Shown in pieces: positions 14,761 through 23,492 of a DNA stretch of 64,000 bases. This DNA comes from Candidatus Avispirillum sp. (lineage in GTDB: Bacteria > Bacillota > Clostridia > Oscillospirales > CAG-272). The stretch's first letter is position 1, and each line of letters opens with the position of its first letter. The notes under the pieces are model-generated. The model ran no database searches. It was not told where the DNA came from and was given only the letters and a program-made list of their open reading frames with translations. Where the stretch lies: the NCBI GenBank assembly GCA_045597805.1, contig JAZLKW010000062.1:112004-176003 (forward strand), read 5' to 3'. Made by a program: the position numbers and the translations under genes.

Positions 14761-16971
14761 TCATAGTTCTATGCTATTAATCTTTGTAATTCTCTCAGCA
14801 GTATTCCCTCTTATTTCAAGAATAGCCGCAGTATGCGGTGAAAGCTTTACACGGAGCACGTCACCGTAGCGGAGTTTCGTTTTCTCGCATTCGCACGATG
14901 CGGTCGTGCCTTCATACGTTACGGCTGCAGCAGTACTTACAGTGTAGGAGGCTTTGGGATCGGCGTCAAGTCCGATAAGGCTATCGAGTACAATTTCACA
15001 TTCTCCGCAGCATTCCGGCACGGAGAAGAGGAATATGTAACCGTCATGTCCTATGACATGCGCGGAGCCGTCAACTGTTCCCTCCCCGGGAGGTCCGAAG
15101 AGGCAGCGGCGGCGAAGCAGGTACTTATAGTTAGCATCGGCCCAGGCTTTCATCTTTTTGAAGATATCGGCGGTTTCGGGATAGTCGCGGAGCGCCGCGT
15201 AGCCGCCGGCAAGCTGGCAGTATGCCGAGGTACTGAGGGACGATATCATACTGTACTCGAACTCTGACGGCGTCTTGCCGGATATCGAAGTGTAGTTCAT
15301 GTAAGTCGGGCGGAAACGGTCATACTCGTTGTGCCACGTCTGATCGCGGTTGTTCTCGACGCATCCCATCTCATAGTAGTTTTCGTCAGCGTTGAGGCTC
15401 TTAAGTGACCACACCCCTCCGCGTTTGAGCCCGTAATACTGCTCAAGACACATATCGGGGTACCTTTCACGGAGCTTTTTCTTGAAATTCTCGATATTTT
15501 TCCATTCTTTGTAGCGCGAATCACCCGCAGGATGGCCGTGACTGTCTGAGAAGCACGGCTCCTCACCGATGCTTCCGAAGGAGTACCCCGCTATCTCGCG
15601 AAAGTTCAGCCACCTGCCGTCGAACGCCCAGAAGCGGCAGTCGAAGCGGTCAAGCACACGGCAGAGCATATCGAAATGAAAGTCCATATATTCGTCGCAT
15701 GCGGGACAGCTGAGCGGAGTACCGAAGTATTTGTACGTCTCGCCGTTCTCGCCTTTAGCGAGCCATTCGGGATGATTCGTATAGGCATTATTGGGTGTCG
15801 AGAAGCTCGAAACGTAAACCCCGAGTTCTTTTGCCTCGGAGATAAATTTTTCGTATTCGTCGGGCGCGCGGAATTCCTCTGTATAACCGATAATATCACC
15901 GCTGTCATCTCCCGCGGTCGCCTCGTGATGCCATCCGTCCGCTTCGGTTTCGGCGGTGGGAAAGCCGTGTCCCATCACGGGGAAGCCCAGCGGAGACGTT
16001 CTCGCATCACGTATGTAGCGCGGGGACGTACTCGGGTGACTGTCGTGCCCGAAATATATCGCGAAGGTCATAAGGTCACGCACGCCTGCACGGGCGAGCG
16101 GTTTTACCGCTTCAATGTCGGGCTTGGTGATCCCCGCCCACCAGCCGTTCTGCCATACGTAGTAGCCCCCTTCCGGCAGTCCTTCCTTCGGCAGATATGG
16201 GCGCATGAAATCCTGCATTGCCCAAACCTCGCCGAGGTCGAGTGTCTCCTCGGGCATTCCCGCGTTGTCCGGAAGCTTGTTCTCGGAAAAATGCTGACTG
16301 AGGCCGCCGTAGGAGTAGCTTTTGTAATATTTTCTTTCTTTTCCGTCGGGATAAGGACCGTGGGACTTGCGGTATTTATTTGTGTTTTCATATACCCCGA
16401 AAAAGGTCTTCTCACTTACAAAAGGACTGCCATCTTTAACGGTAAACGAGGGCGAGTACGCAAGAGTCACACCATCACGTGACGTCATCACGTCCGCGTT
16501 TGAGATACCGTCCCAGTACGGATATTCGAGTCCGGCACAAACGCCGCCTTTATCGAAGCGGAGGAAAAAGTTCGTCGGTACGTGCCAAAGGGTCTGGTCA
16601 TCGTGAAGAAGGATCTCGCGTGCGGGGGATGCAAGAATCACTGCATCGCACGTGACACGCTCACACGTCCATTCCCCGTCACGGGAGAACGTGAGACGGC
16701 GCTCAATGAAGTCGGCATCCGGGACGCGGAGATATTCAAGCACTGCTCTGAAGGGCGCATCGGTGAATTCAAAAGAAAAACCGTTGTCGGTTTTACTGTA
16801 CCCGTCAGCTGAGGCAGCATCAAAATACGTTTTGCCGTCGGCGGTGAGTGAAAAACCGTGGTATGAAAACGCACACGTCTCACCCGTTTGAGCGTTATCA
16901 AGAGACAGTATCCCGCCCGTTGTGCCGTCGATTTCCGCGGTGAGATTTCCGTTTTTCAGTATGATTTTCAT
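14761..16971 (-). CDS. Large cytoplasmic protein of unknown function, possibly a glycoside-hydrolase-like enzyme
   Basis: Uninterrupted ORF of more than 730 aa with no signal peptide. The start is either ATG 16971 (MKIILKNG...) or ATG 16998. The hydrolase assignment is only an impression from aromatic/acidic-rich blocks (FWAFDGRW). Confidence 0.35.
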   Translation of the reverse strand: MKIILKNGNLTAEIDGTTGGILSLDNAQTGETCAFSYHGFSLTADGKTYFDAASADGYSKTDNGFSFEFTDAPFRAVLEYLRVPDADFIERRLTFSRDGEWTCERVTCDAVILASPAREILLHDDQTLWHVPTNFFLRFDKGGVCAGLEYPYWDGISNADVMTSRDGVTLAYSPSFTVKDGSPFVSEKTFFGVYENTNKYRKSHGPYPDGKERKYYKSYSYGGLSQHFSENKLPDNAGMPEETLDLGEVWAMQDFMRPYLPKEGLPEGGYYVWQNGWWAGITKPDIEAVKPLARAGVRDLMTFAIYFGHDSHPSTSPRYIRDARTSPLGFPVMGHGFPTAETEADGWHHEATAGDDSGDIIGYTEEFRAPDEYEKFISEAKELGVYVSSFSTPNNAYTNHPEWLAKGENGETYKYFGTPLSCPACDEYMDFHFDMLCRVLDRFDCRFWAFDGRWLNFREIAGYSFGSIGEEPCFSDSHGHPAGDSRYKEWKNIENFKKKLRERYPDMCLEQYYGLKRGGVWSLKSLNADENYYEMGCVENNRDQTWHNEYDRFRPTYMNYTSISGKTPSEFEYSMISSLSTSAYCQLAGGYAALRDYPETADIFKKMKAWADANYKYLLRRRCLFGPPGEGTVDGSAHVIGHDGYIFLFSVPECCGECEIVLDSLIGLDADPKASYTVSTAAAVTYEGTTASCECEKTKLRYGDVLRVKLSPHTAAILEIRGNTAERITKINSIEL

Positions 16972-17004
16972 AGTAAGACCCCATTTACAAGCATTCATGT
17001 TTTG

Positions 17005-17032
17005 ATTATAACATTTCTTTTGCCCGTGTCAA
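17005..17032 (-). promoter_or_regulatory. Sigma-70-type promoter for 14761..16971/16998
   Basis: On the minus strand: TTGACA, 16-nt spacer ending in TG, TATAAT. The -10 element ends 6 nt before ATG 16998. Confidence 0.6.
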
Positions 17033-17250
17033 CGAAACGGGGCGAAAAAGAGGATTCAGAGGGGATCTTATAATAATTCCCACCATACAATTCAGCGGGT
17101 ATCAAGCTCCGCTTTTGTTCCAGAATATTCTTTTGAGAATAATATAAGCGGTGTAATTTAAAAAAGCTTGTCATTGTTCCCGTAATACTGTATTAAGTTC
17201 CGGGTCAGATGGATTGATACGGTTAGAAAGGGTTACTAACGATATTTCGT

Positions 17251-17279
17251 TTGACAAAAGAGCGGGAACGGAGTAAAAT
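17251..17279 (+). promoter_or_regulatory. Sigma-70-type promoter for xth
   Basis: TTGACA, 17-nt spacer, TAAAAT. Confidence 0.6.
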
Positions 17280-17338
17280 ACCGGGGAGTAGGGATGCGGT
17301 TTGACATTCCCGCGGATTCAGCAATATAGGAGAGTAAT

Positions 17339-18094
17339 ATGAAAGCGGTTTCATGGAACGTAAACGGATTAAGAGCCTGTATCGGCAAAGGCTTCAATGA
17401 AGTATTCGAAAAACTGGATGCAGATATTTTCTGTGTGCAGGAGACAAAGCTCCAGGAGGGTCAGGTCGAGCTCTCATTTCCCGGATACCGTCAGTACTGG
17501 AATTATGCCGACAAAAAAGGATACAGCGGCACTGCCGTTTTCGTCAAAGCAGAGCCTATATCCGTGAGCTTCGGAATCGGTATTGACGAGCACGACCACG
17601 AGGGCCGTGTGATCACTCTCGAATTCGATAATTACTATTTCGTCACGGTTTACACTCCCAACTCGAAGCAGGAGCTTGAAAGGCTCGAATACCGCATGGT
17701 CTGGGAGGATGATTTCCGGTCATATCTCTGCTCGCTCAATGAGAAAAAGCCCGTCATCGTCTGCGGTGACCTAAACGTTGCTCACTCGGAGATCGACCTT
17801 AAAAATCCATCCTCAAACCACAGAAGCGCCGGATTTACGGATGAGGAGAGAGGAAAAATGAGCGAGCTGCTCTCTGCGGGATTCACGGACTCCTTCCGCT
17901 ATCTTTACCCGGACACAAAAAACGTTTACTCCTGGTGGTCATACAGATTCCGTGCGAGAGAGAACAATGCGGGCTGGAGAATAGACTATTTCATAGTATC
18001 CGACAGCATTAGGGACCGCATATGCGACTCGGTGGTACACTGTGACATTACAGGCTCTGATCACTGTCCTGTGGAGCTCGATATTTCTATCTGA
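17339..18094 (+). CDS. xth: Exodeoxyribonuclease III
   Basis: SWNVNGLR, CVQETK and the C-terminal SDHCPV motif. AGGAGAG SD. Confidence 0.9.
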   Translation: MKAVSWNVNGLRACIGKGFNEVFEKLDADIFCVQETKLQEGQVELSFPGYRQYWNYADKKGYSGTAVFVKAEPISVSFGIGIDEHDHEGRVITLEFDNYYFVTVYTPNSKQELERLEYRMVWEDDFRSYLCSLNEKKPVIVCGDLNVAHSEIDLKNPSSNHRSAGFTDEERGKMSELLSAGFTDSFRYLYPDTKNVYSWWSYRFRARENNAGWRIDYFIVSDSIRDRICDSVVHCDITGSDHCPVELDISI

Positions 18095-18103
18095 CATAAT
18101 AAA

Positions 18104-18140
18104 AGCTCCCGGAGGATCTCCGGGGCTCCTATTTAGGATT
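18104..18140 (+). terminator. Terminator after xth
   Basis: Imperfect GC hairpin AGCTCCCGGA...TCCGGGGCT followed by a T-rich tract. Confidence 0.55.
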
Positions 18141-18212
18141 TTTTCACTGCAGACCGGAAAGGAAAACCAAGCAGAAAGCCAAGAACGGTGGGCATTTCCC
18201 GAACATCTAAAG

Positions 18213-18248
18213 TAAAAAATGACCGAAACCAAAGTTTCGGTCATTTTA
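18213..18248. terminator. Symmetric (bidirectional) terminator in the xth-corA gap
   Basis: 11-bp stem ATGACCGAAAC/GTTTCGGTCAT flanked by an A-run and a T-run. Confidence 0.7.
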
Positions 18249-18374
18249 TTATATCTTTCCTTTTTCCGTCTTGGACGTCTGGCGTAGATTTGTACGCCGA
18301 CGGTGTTCAAAACGGAAAATCAGCGGTGCCTCTCTCCCTAAATGAGCGCCCCTTTCCGGGTGTTTTTCGATTTT

Positions 18375-19307
18375 CTAAAACCACTTTTTGCGTTTCCCTA
18401 TGAATGCCAATATAAGGACGACTGCAACGGAAAGCGCGATAACGTAAATATACCCGTATTTCCACGTAAGCTCCGGCATATACCTGAAGTTCATACCGTA
18501 CCATCCGACTATTATAGTCAGCGGGAAAAAGATACTTGTAAGAACTGTGAATATTTTCATCGTGTTGTTCATGCTCATATCAAGGTATGAAGAATACGCA
18601 TCCTGCAGATGCTCGACTGTACTCTTGAGGTTTGACGTATCCTCTCGCAGGCGTCCTATACGTTTTGATACATTTTCCACGTATATCAGGTCAGGATCGC
18701 TGAAAATGCCGTTATCATTTTCACATACTGCATCTGCTATGTCCATAAGCTGTGAATAATATGAATGTCGCTTCGTCAGCATTTTCTTTGTCTGAAGGAG
18801 ATGAGTGTTGAAATCTTTACCTACCTTCTTTTCAAGCAGCGTTTCTTCCTGCTCTGAAAGGTCCAGTTCTATTTCTTCAAGGGCTGAGTAATCATCAGAC
18901 AGCAATGAATCAAAAAACGCCGCCAGGACCTTCTCACAGCTTATATTCTTCGCAGGATACTTATTTACGGCTGACATGTACATGGAACGGGTGGAGCCGT
19001 CGGTATCGCAGATATCAACTACAAGCACGAGATTCTTCTTTATGAAAAGAGCCACGTAATCATCGTTTTCCTCGTGATCGTTGAGTATTCTCAGCTCGGA
19101 AAATGTATAGTCTTTATGCACCTCAACACCTGTGCGGAACAGATCACTTGCATTTTTACACGACGCTATGGTGCTTTCTCCGAACATGAATCTGCCGTTC
19201 ATAGCCATCAATTCGTCCACGTTCAGATATCCTATCGTCAGCACAGAAGGATCAACTCTTCCCTCTTCGATCTCTTCTATTCCGTTTTCAGCAAACTGAT
19301 AAAACAT
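18375..19307 (-). CDS. corA: CorA-family magnesium/cobalt transporter
   Basis: YGMNF motif and two C-terminal TM helices. The start is moved to ATG 19307 (MFYQF...), 6 nt after GGAGG. Confidence 0.85.
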   Translation of the reverse strand: MFYQFAENGIEEIEEGRVDPSVLTIGYLNVDELMAMNGRFMFGESTIASCKNASDLFRTGVEVHKDYTFSELRILNDHEENDDYVALFIKKNLVLVVDICDTDGSTRSMYMSAVNKYPAKNISCEKVLAAFFDSLLSDDYSALEEIELDLSEQEETLLEKKVGKDFNTHLLQTKKMLTKRHSYYSQLMDIADAVCENDNGIFSDPDLIYVENVSKRIGRLREDTSNLKSTVEHLQDAYSSYLDMSMNNTMKIFTVLTSIFFPLTIIVGWYGMNFRYMPELTWKYGYIYVIALSVAVVLILAFIGKRKKWF

Positions 19308-19490
19308 GTTGTCCTCCATAAGACTTCTTTTGAAGTTTATGAGTTAATATTTTACGTTAGTATACCACAGTTCAACTGAAAAATCTATATTATAACAAAT
19401 TAAAACTGTTCCCATTCGACCAAAAATGTGATATACTTTTTATGTAAAAGTTGATAACAATCTACGATGATCAAATAAAGGAGCATAAAC

Positions 19491-19979
19491 ATGTTGGCAT
19501 TCAGATATGCACAAAAAGAAGATGCCGGTCTGATTCTCGAATTCATCAAAAAGCTTGCCGACTATGAAAAAATGCCGGGCGAGGTTGTGGCAGATGAAGA
19601 AACGCTCAGACTATGGATCTTTGACAAGCAGAAAGCAGAAGTGATTTTTGCGCTTGAAGATGGGAAGGAAGTCGGTTTTGCTTTATTCTTCCATAATTTC
19701 TCGACATTTCTTGGTCGTGCAGGGATCTATCTCGAAGATCTGTTCGTCGAACCGGAATACCGCGGCAGGGGCTATGGAAAAGCACTTCTCACAGAGCTCG
19801 CACGGATAGCCGTTGAGCGCGGATGCGGCAGACTTGAATGGTGGTGCCTTGACTGGAACCGTCCGAGCATTGACTTTTATCTTTCACTTGGTGCGGAGCC
19901 TATGGACGAATGGACGACATATCGCATCACGGGTGAAACCTTACAGAATCTTGCAAAACAGGCAAACTATAAGAATTAG
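19491..19979 (+). CDS. GNAT-family N-acetyltransferase (diamine/spermidine acetyltransferase-like)
   Basis: Acetyl-CoA-binding motif RGRGYGKALL. AAAGGAG SD. Confidence 0.8.
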   Translation: MLAFRYAQKEDAGLILEFIKKLADYEKMPGEVVADEETLRLWIFDKQKAEVIFALEDGKEVGFALFFHNFSTFLGRAGIYLEDLFVEPEYRGRGYGKALLTELARIAVERGCGRLEWWCLDWNRPSIDFYLSLGAEPMDEWTTYRITGETLQNLAKQANYKN

Positions 19980-19990
19980 GAGGACACATC

Positions 19991-20476
19991 ATGAGCAAAA
20001 TATTGGTAGCCTACTTCTCTGCCGGCGGGGTAACTGAAAAAGTTTCAAAGAAGCTTGCTGAGGTGATCGAAGCGGACGTATACGAAATCAAGCCGGAGGT
20101 GAAATACACCAAGGCGGATCTCAACTGGATGAACAAGAAGTCGCGCAGCAGCGTGGAGATGAACGACAAAAGCTTCCGCCCCGCCATGATTTCGGGTGAC
20201 GTTGACGTTTCGGGCTATGACACAGTTTGTCTGGGCTTCCCTATCTGGTGGTACGTTGCTCCGACGATAATCAATACGTTTCTTGAAGCGTATGATTTTT
20301 CCGGGAAGAAAATAATTCTGTTCGCAACTGCAGGCAGCAGCGGATTCGGGAATACGGCGGCAGAGCTCAAGCCTTCGGCTCCAGACTCGGAATTCATTGA
20401 AACCGAGGTGCTTCACGGTGCCATGACTGATTCAAAGATAAAGAAGCTGGCAGAGCTTATCCGTCAGGCGTTTTGA
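19991..20476 (+). CDS. Flavodoxin-family protein
   Basis: N-terminal KILVAYFSAGG(VT) FMN-phosphate loop and FPIWWY block. AGGAGG SD. Confidence 0.8.
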   Translation: MSKILVAYFSAGGVTEKVSKKLAEVIEADVYEIKPEVKYTKADLNWMNKKSRSSVEMNDKSFRPAMISGDVDVSGYDTVCLGFPIWWYVAPTIINTFLEAYDFSGKKIILFATAGSSGFGNTAAELKPSAPDSEFIETEVLHGAMTDSKIKKLAELIRQAF

Positions 20477-20515
20477 AAAGGTTAACAACAGGACAACAGG
20501 ATCTGAATAACAAAT

Positions 20516-20549
20516 GGCACCCGGATATTACGTCCGGGTGCCTTTCTTT
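20516..20549 (+). terminator. Terminator after the flavodoxin gene
   Basis: GGCACCCGGA-TATTACG-TCCGGGTGCC followed by TTTCTTT. Confidence 0.75.
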
Positions 20550-20737
20550 GCAGCACATTATTATGTGTTTTGTTTTCGGTCAATCGATGACGGAAAATCA
20601 GTTGATTGTCAGATAGTAAATATAAGCAGCTGTCCAAGGACAATCTGTTATTCTAGCTATCCAATTTGTATATAAAACCTCACCTAATAGTTTTACATCC
20701 TGTATTCTGTCCCGGCAGTCAGGGCATGGCAGCTCTC

Positions 20738-23212
20738 TTATACGCGCTTATTTTTGCTATTTTTCATCAGAACTACTGCGATTACTTTGGCTATGGCTAC
20801 AGCCACAGCTCCGACTATAATCCACAGCAAAGCGTTTTCAAATGAATGCATTGTGTCGTCGGCACCGGCTTTTTCGGACGGATTCTTAGTGTCGGCAGCA
20901 GCTTCTTCAGACGAATTTGCAGTATCGGAAGCGGCTTCTTCAGACGAATTCGCAGTATCGGAAGCGGCTTCTTCAGATGAATGCGCAGTATCGGAAGTGG
21001 CTTTTTCGCTCCCGAAAGCTACCGTATCCGATTGGATATCCGAGTATGGGGATGAGACATCGTCAGGTGCGGTCGGTGAGTCGGATGACGTGTTCTTGCC
21101 CGGAATGTCGGAAGTGCCGTTCTTTTCAGATTCTATTTTGATACTGTCACGGATCTCTTTGCAAAGCTTGGCATATGAGGAAAGAACCGTGGATCCGGTA
21201 GTGGGAGAGAGCAGCTCGGGTATCGCTTCATTTATGAGACAGTTGTAGGAAACCTTCTGAGTATAGCGGAATGTATAAATCTCTGTGGAGGGGAACTCAA
21301 CATCTGTCTTTTCCTTGGTGCAGGAGCTTGTCATAGAGGCATTGTCAGACGGGCCTCCGAGGAACGCGGCTTCATCTGTCTCCCAATACCAATGAGATTC
21401 GCCGTATATGGCAAGTGCACTGAGAGCTTTGTTCACCGAGACGCTTCCGCTTTTCGTATCCATCAGGGAGCCGTTCATCATTCGGCGTGAGGCGATGTAC
21501 TCGGAACTTGCGTCAGAGGGGAGAGATGAAAGCCTTACCGATGTTTTTCCGCTGAAGTATGAGCCGACAGCATTTGTTACTTTGAGTAAATTGTTATCGT
21601 TCAGAGGCAAGGACTGGGAGCCGACAATACTGATGACTGTCGAGCCATAGTCTTTTGCCGCGTTCTGTCCGAGCTTTTCGTTATAGAAATCGAAGTCGGC
21701 GGTGATTCCGTTATTGTTCATATAATACTGAAGAAGAAGCGTGTCAGTATCACCTATAAGCTTATCTGCCGTGAATGCTTTACCGCTTTGGCCGTAACGG
21801 ATATCAGTAACGGTATCTCCTATTTTGCAGCTTTCATAGCTGTTGACCATTCCGCGGTGTTTTGACTTGATTTCGCCGGAGTCCGTAAAGGAGGCTGTGC
21901 CGAAGCAGAGATTTTTGCTGGTAAGATAGCAGAAATTGTCGCGTCCCGTCAAGCCTTCCCTTTTTGTTTCATCTACGGTTATCAGAGTGCTGCAGTATGA
22001 TGCGAGAGTTGAAGCCTTATCCGCATCATTAACATAATCAGACATGCCCAGCACATTCAGAACGAAGGAGCCGTAGACACCGGTCTTGACTGCCATCCGG
22101 TCAAACAGATCCTTATAATCGTCGGCAATCTGATATTCAAACGCATGAGTCAGGAACATAGCCTTGGCTATGGCATCAATGCCGTCGTTATCGCTGACAA
22201 GGTGTGTGCAATAATTCGAAAACTGTTGAACGACCTGCAACGAGAATAAGGAATCCATGTTCATCTGAGCCGCGGTTACGCGGTATGTAAGCAGATCGAC
22301 TGCATCCTCAGCAAGTTCCCCGAGCAGCTCGTCTGTCAGTCCTTTCCCGGTTTCAAAAGCGGGAAAATTCTCAGCATCAAAAGCGGAAAAGCCGTCAGAC
22401 GCGATCTTGTCCTTCATGTTTTTGACAATTTCCGCCTTTATGCTTTCGCGATATGTGTTCACGTTCCATGAAAGCTGCTGAGGCAGGATATCGCTGTCAA
22501 GCACCAGAATGCGCGAATCCTCACCTGCAGACTCGGGGCGTCCGTTATCCTTGGAATAAATCAGCTTATATCCGTTTTCGGTGTTGTCGTAAGCAAGCAC
22601 GAGGCAGGTGTTGTCCATACCGTTAACAAGACGTGCCTTCCCCTCGTTTTGACACCACGACTGAATACCCTTCAGCATAAAGCTGTTGTACTGTATTATC
22701 AGATCGTCGAGACCTTTTTCCATGTAGCGATACTCGAAATCTTTCCAGTTGTTTTCAAACAGCATGGCCTTTTCGATGCGTGCGTTGAATTCAACAGAGG
22801 CCTGCACCTTAGCCATATCCTCAGTCAGGCGATCCAGCTTGCGGTCCATATCGGCGATCTGTTCGCCCATGACGGTCATCTGCTCCATAATGCTGGAAAG
22901 CATCGCCGTATTGCCGTCCTTGATCACACCGAGCAGTTTCAGAAATGTGACGCCGCTGTTTATTGCGGCAACATAGGTTCCCGCTGTTCTTAAGTTGTTT
23001 GCGAAATCCACAAAGACGTCTATGACTCCTTTTGCCTGATTATCGGAGAAGACATTGTTCAGATTATTCACGGCATTTGTAAGAGCATTGAGCGAATTCT
23101 GAATATCCTTGTCCGTCGCAGGTGTCTGCCCAAGAGCAATTCCGAATGAAGGCATAGTCGTCGAAAAGAGCAACGTAAGCATTAACAGCAGCGAAATGAA
23201 CCTTTTTGTCAT
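20738..23212 (-). CDS. Large secreted, C-terminally membrane-anchored protein of unknown function, with a Ser/Glu/Ala-rich tandem repeat
   Basis: Signal peptide (LLLMLTLLFSTTMPSFG), a helical N-terminal region, and a C-terminal TM helix (LLWIIVGAVAVAIAKVIAVVLM) followed by a basic tail. No family recognised. Confidence 0.6.
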   Translation of the reverse strand: MTKRFISLLLMLTLLFSTTMPSFGIALGQTPATDKDIQNSLNALTNAVNNLNNVFSDNQAKGVIDVFVDFANNLRTAGTYVAAINSGVTFLKLLGVIKDGNTAMLSSIMEQMTVMGEQIADMDRKLDRLTEDMAKVQASVEFNARIEKAMLFENNWKDFEYRYMEKGLDDLIIQYNSFMLKGIQSWCQNEGKARLVNGMDNTCLVLAYDNTENGYKLIYSKDNGRPESAGEDSRILVLDSDILPQQLSWNVNTYRESIKAEIVKNMKDKIASDGFSAFDAENFPAFETGKGLTDELLGELAEDAVDLLTYRVTAAQMNMDSLFSLQVVQQFSNYCTHLVSDNDGIDAIAKAMFLTHAFEYQIADDYKDLFDRMAVKTGVYGSFVLNVLGMSDYVNDADKASTLASYCSTLITVDETKREGLTGRDNFCYLTSKNLCFGTASFTDSGEIKSKHRGMVNSYESCKIGDTVTDIRYGQSGKAFTADKLIGDTDTLLLQYYMNNNGITADFDFYNEKLGQNAAKDYGSTVISIVGSQSLPLNDNNLLKVTNAVGSYFSGKTSVRLSSLPSDASSEYIASRRMMNGSLMDTKSGSVSVNKALSALAIYGESHWYWETDEAAFLGGPSDNASMTSSCTKEKTDVEFPSTEIYTFRYTQKVSYNCLINEAIPELLSPTTGSTVLSSYAKLCKEIRDSIKIESEKNGTSDIPGKNTSSDSPTAPDDVSSPYSDIQSDTVAFGSEKATSDTAHSSEEAASDTANSSEEAASDTANSSEEAAADTKNPSEKAGADDTMHSFENALLWIIVGAVAVAIAKVIAVVLMKNSKNKRV
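20898..20996 (-). repeat. 3 x 33-bp in-frame tandem repeat (encodes SSEEAASDTAN units)
   Basis: The three units are nearly identical, differing by 2-4 nt pairwise: 20898-20930, 20931-20963 and 20964-20996. Confidence 0.9.
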
Positions 23213-23492
23213 ATAAAAATCACTCTCCCATAATTTTATAGATTTCGTAATCTCATAATTTTCCGTTTTATTTCATTGCATCGGCCCGAACATATTGTTA
23301 TCCTTACGTTTTCAGCGCGTACCGGCTCACCGTTTTCTGCGAGGATCCTGACTGAGTATTGATCACGCTTTTTATGGTTGTGCCGCTTTGCTTTACGGGC
23401 CATATCAACTCAAATGCGTGAACAGAACAGTGTTCACGTATCCTCCGCCGCACTTATATAATTCTGCTGTAATGTGAGCGGATCACAGCGGA

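Noticed and set aside
19308-19490. An M-box (Mg) riboswitch upstream of corA.
   Set aside because: The gap is about 180 nt, AT-rich and shared with the divergent GNAT promoter. No M-box-like multi-helix GC-containing structure is visible.
20738-21000. The helical N-terminus and repeat tail of the 824-aa protein suggested an alpha-helical pore-forming toxin (Hbl/Nhe-like) or a BcsB homologue.
   Set aside because: I cannot point to any diagnostic motif for either family. It is retained only as a topology-based hypothesis in the findings.
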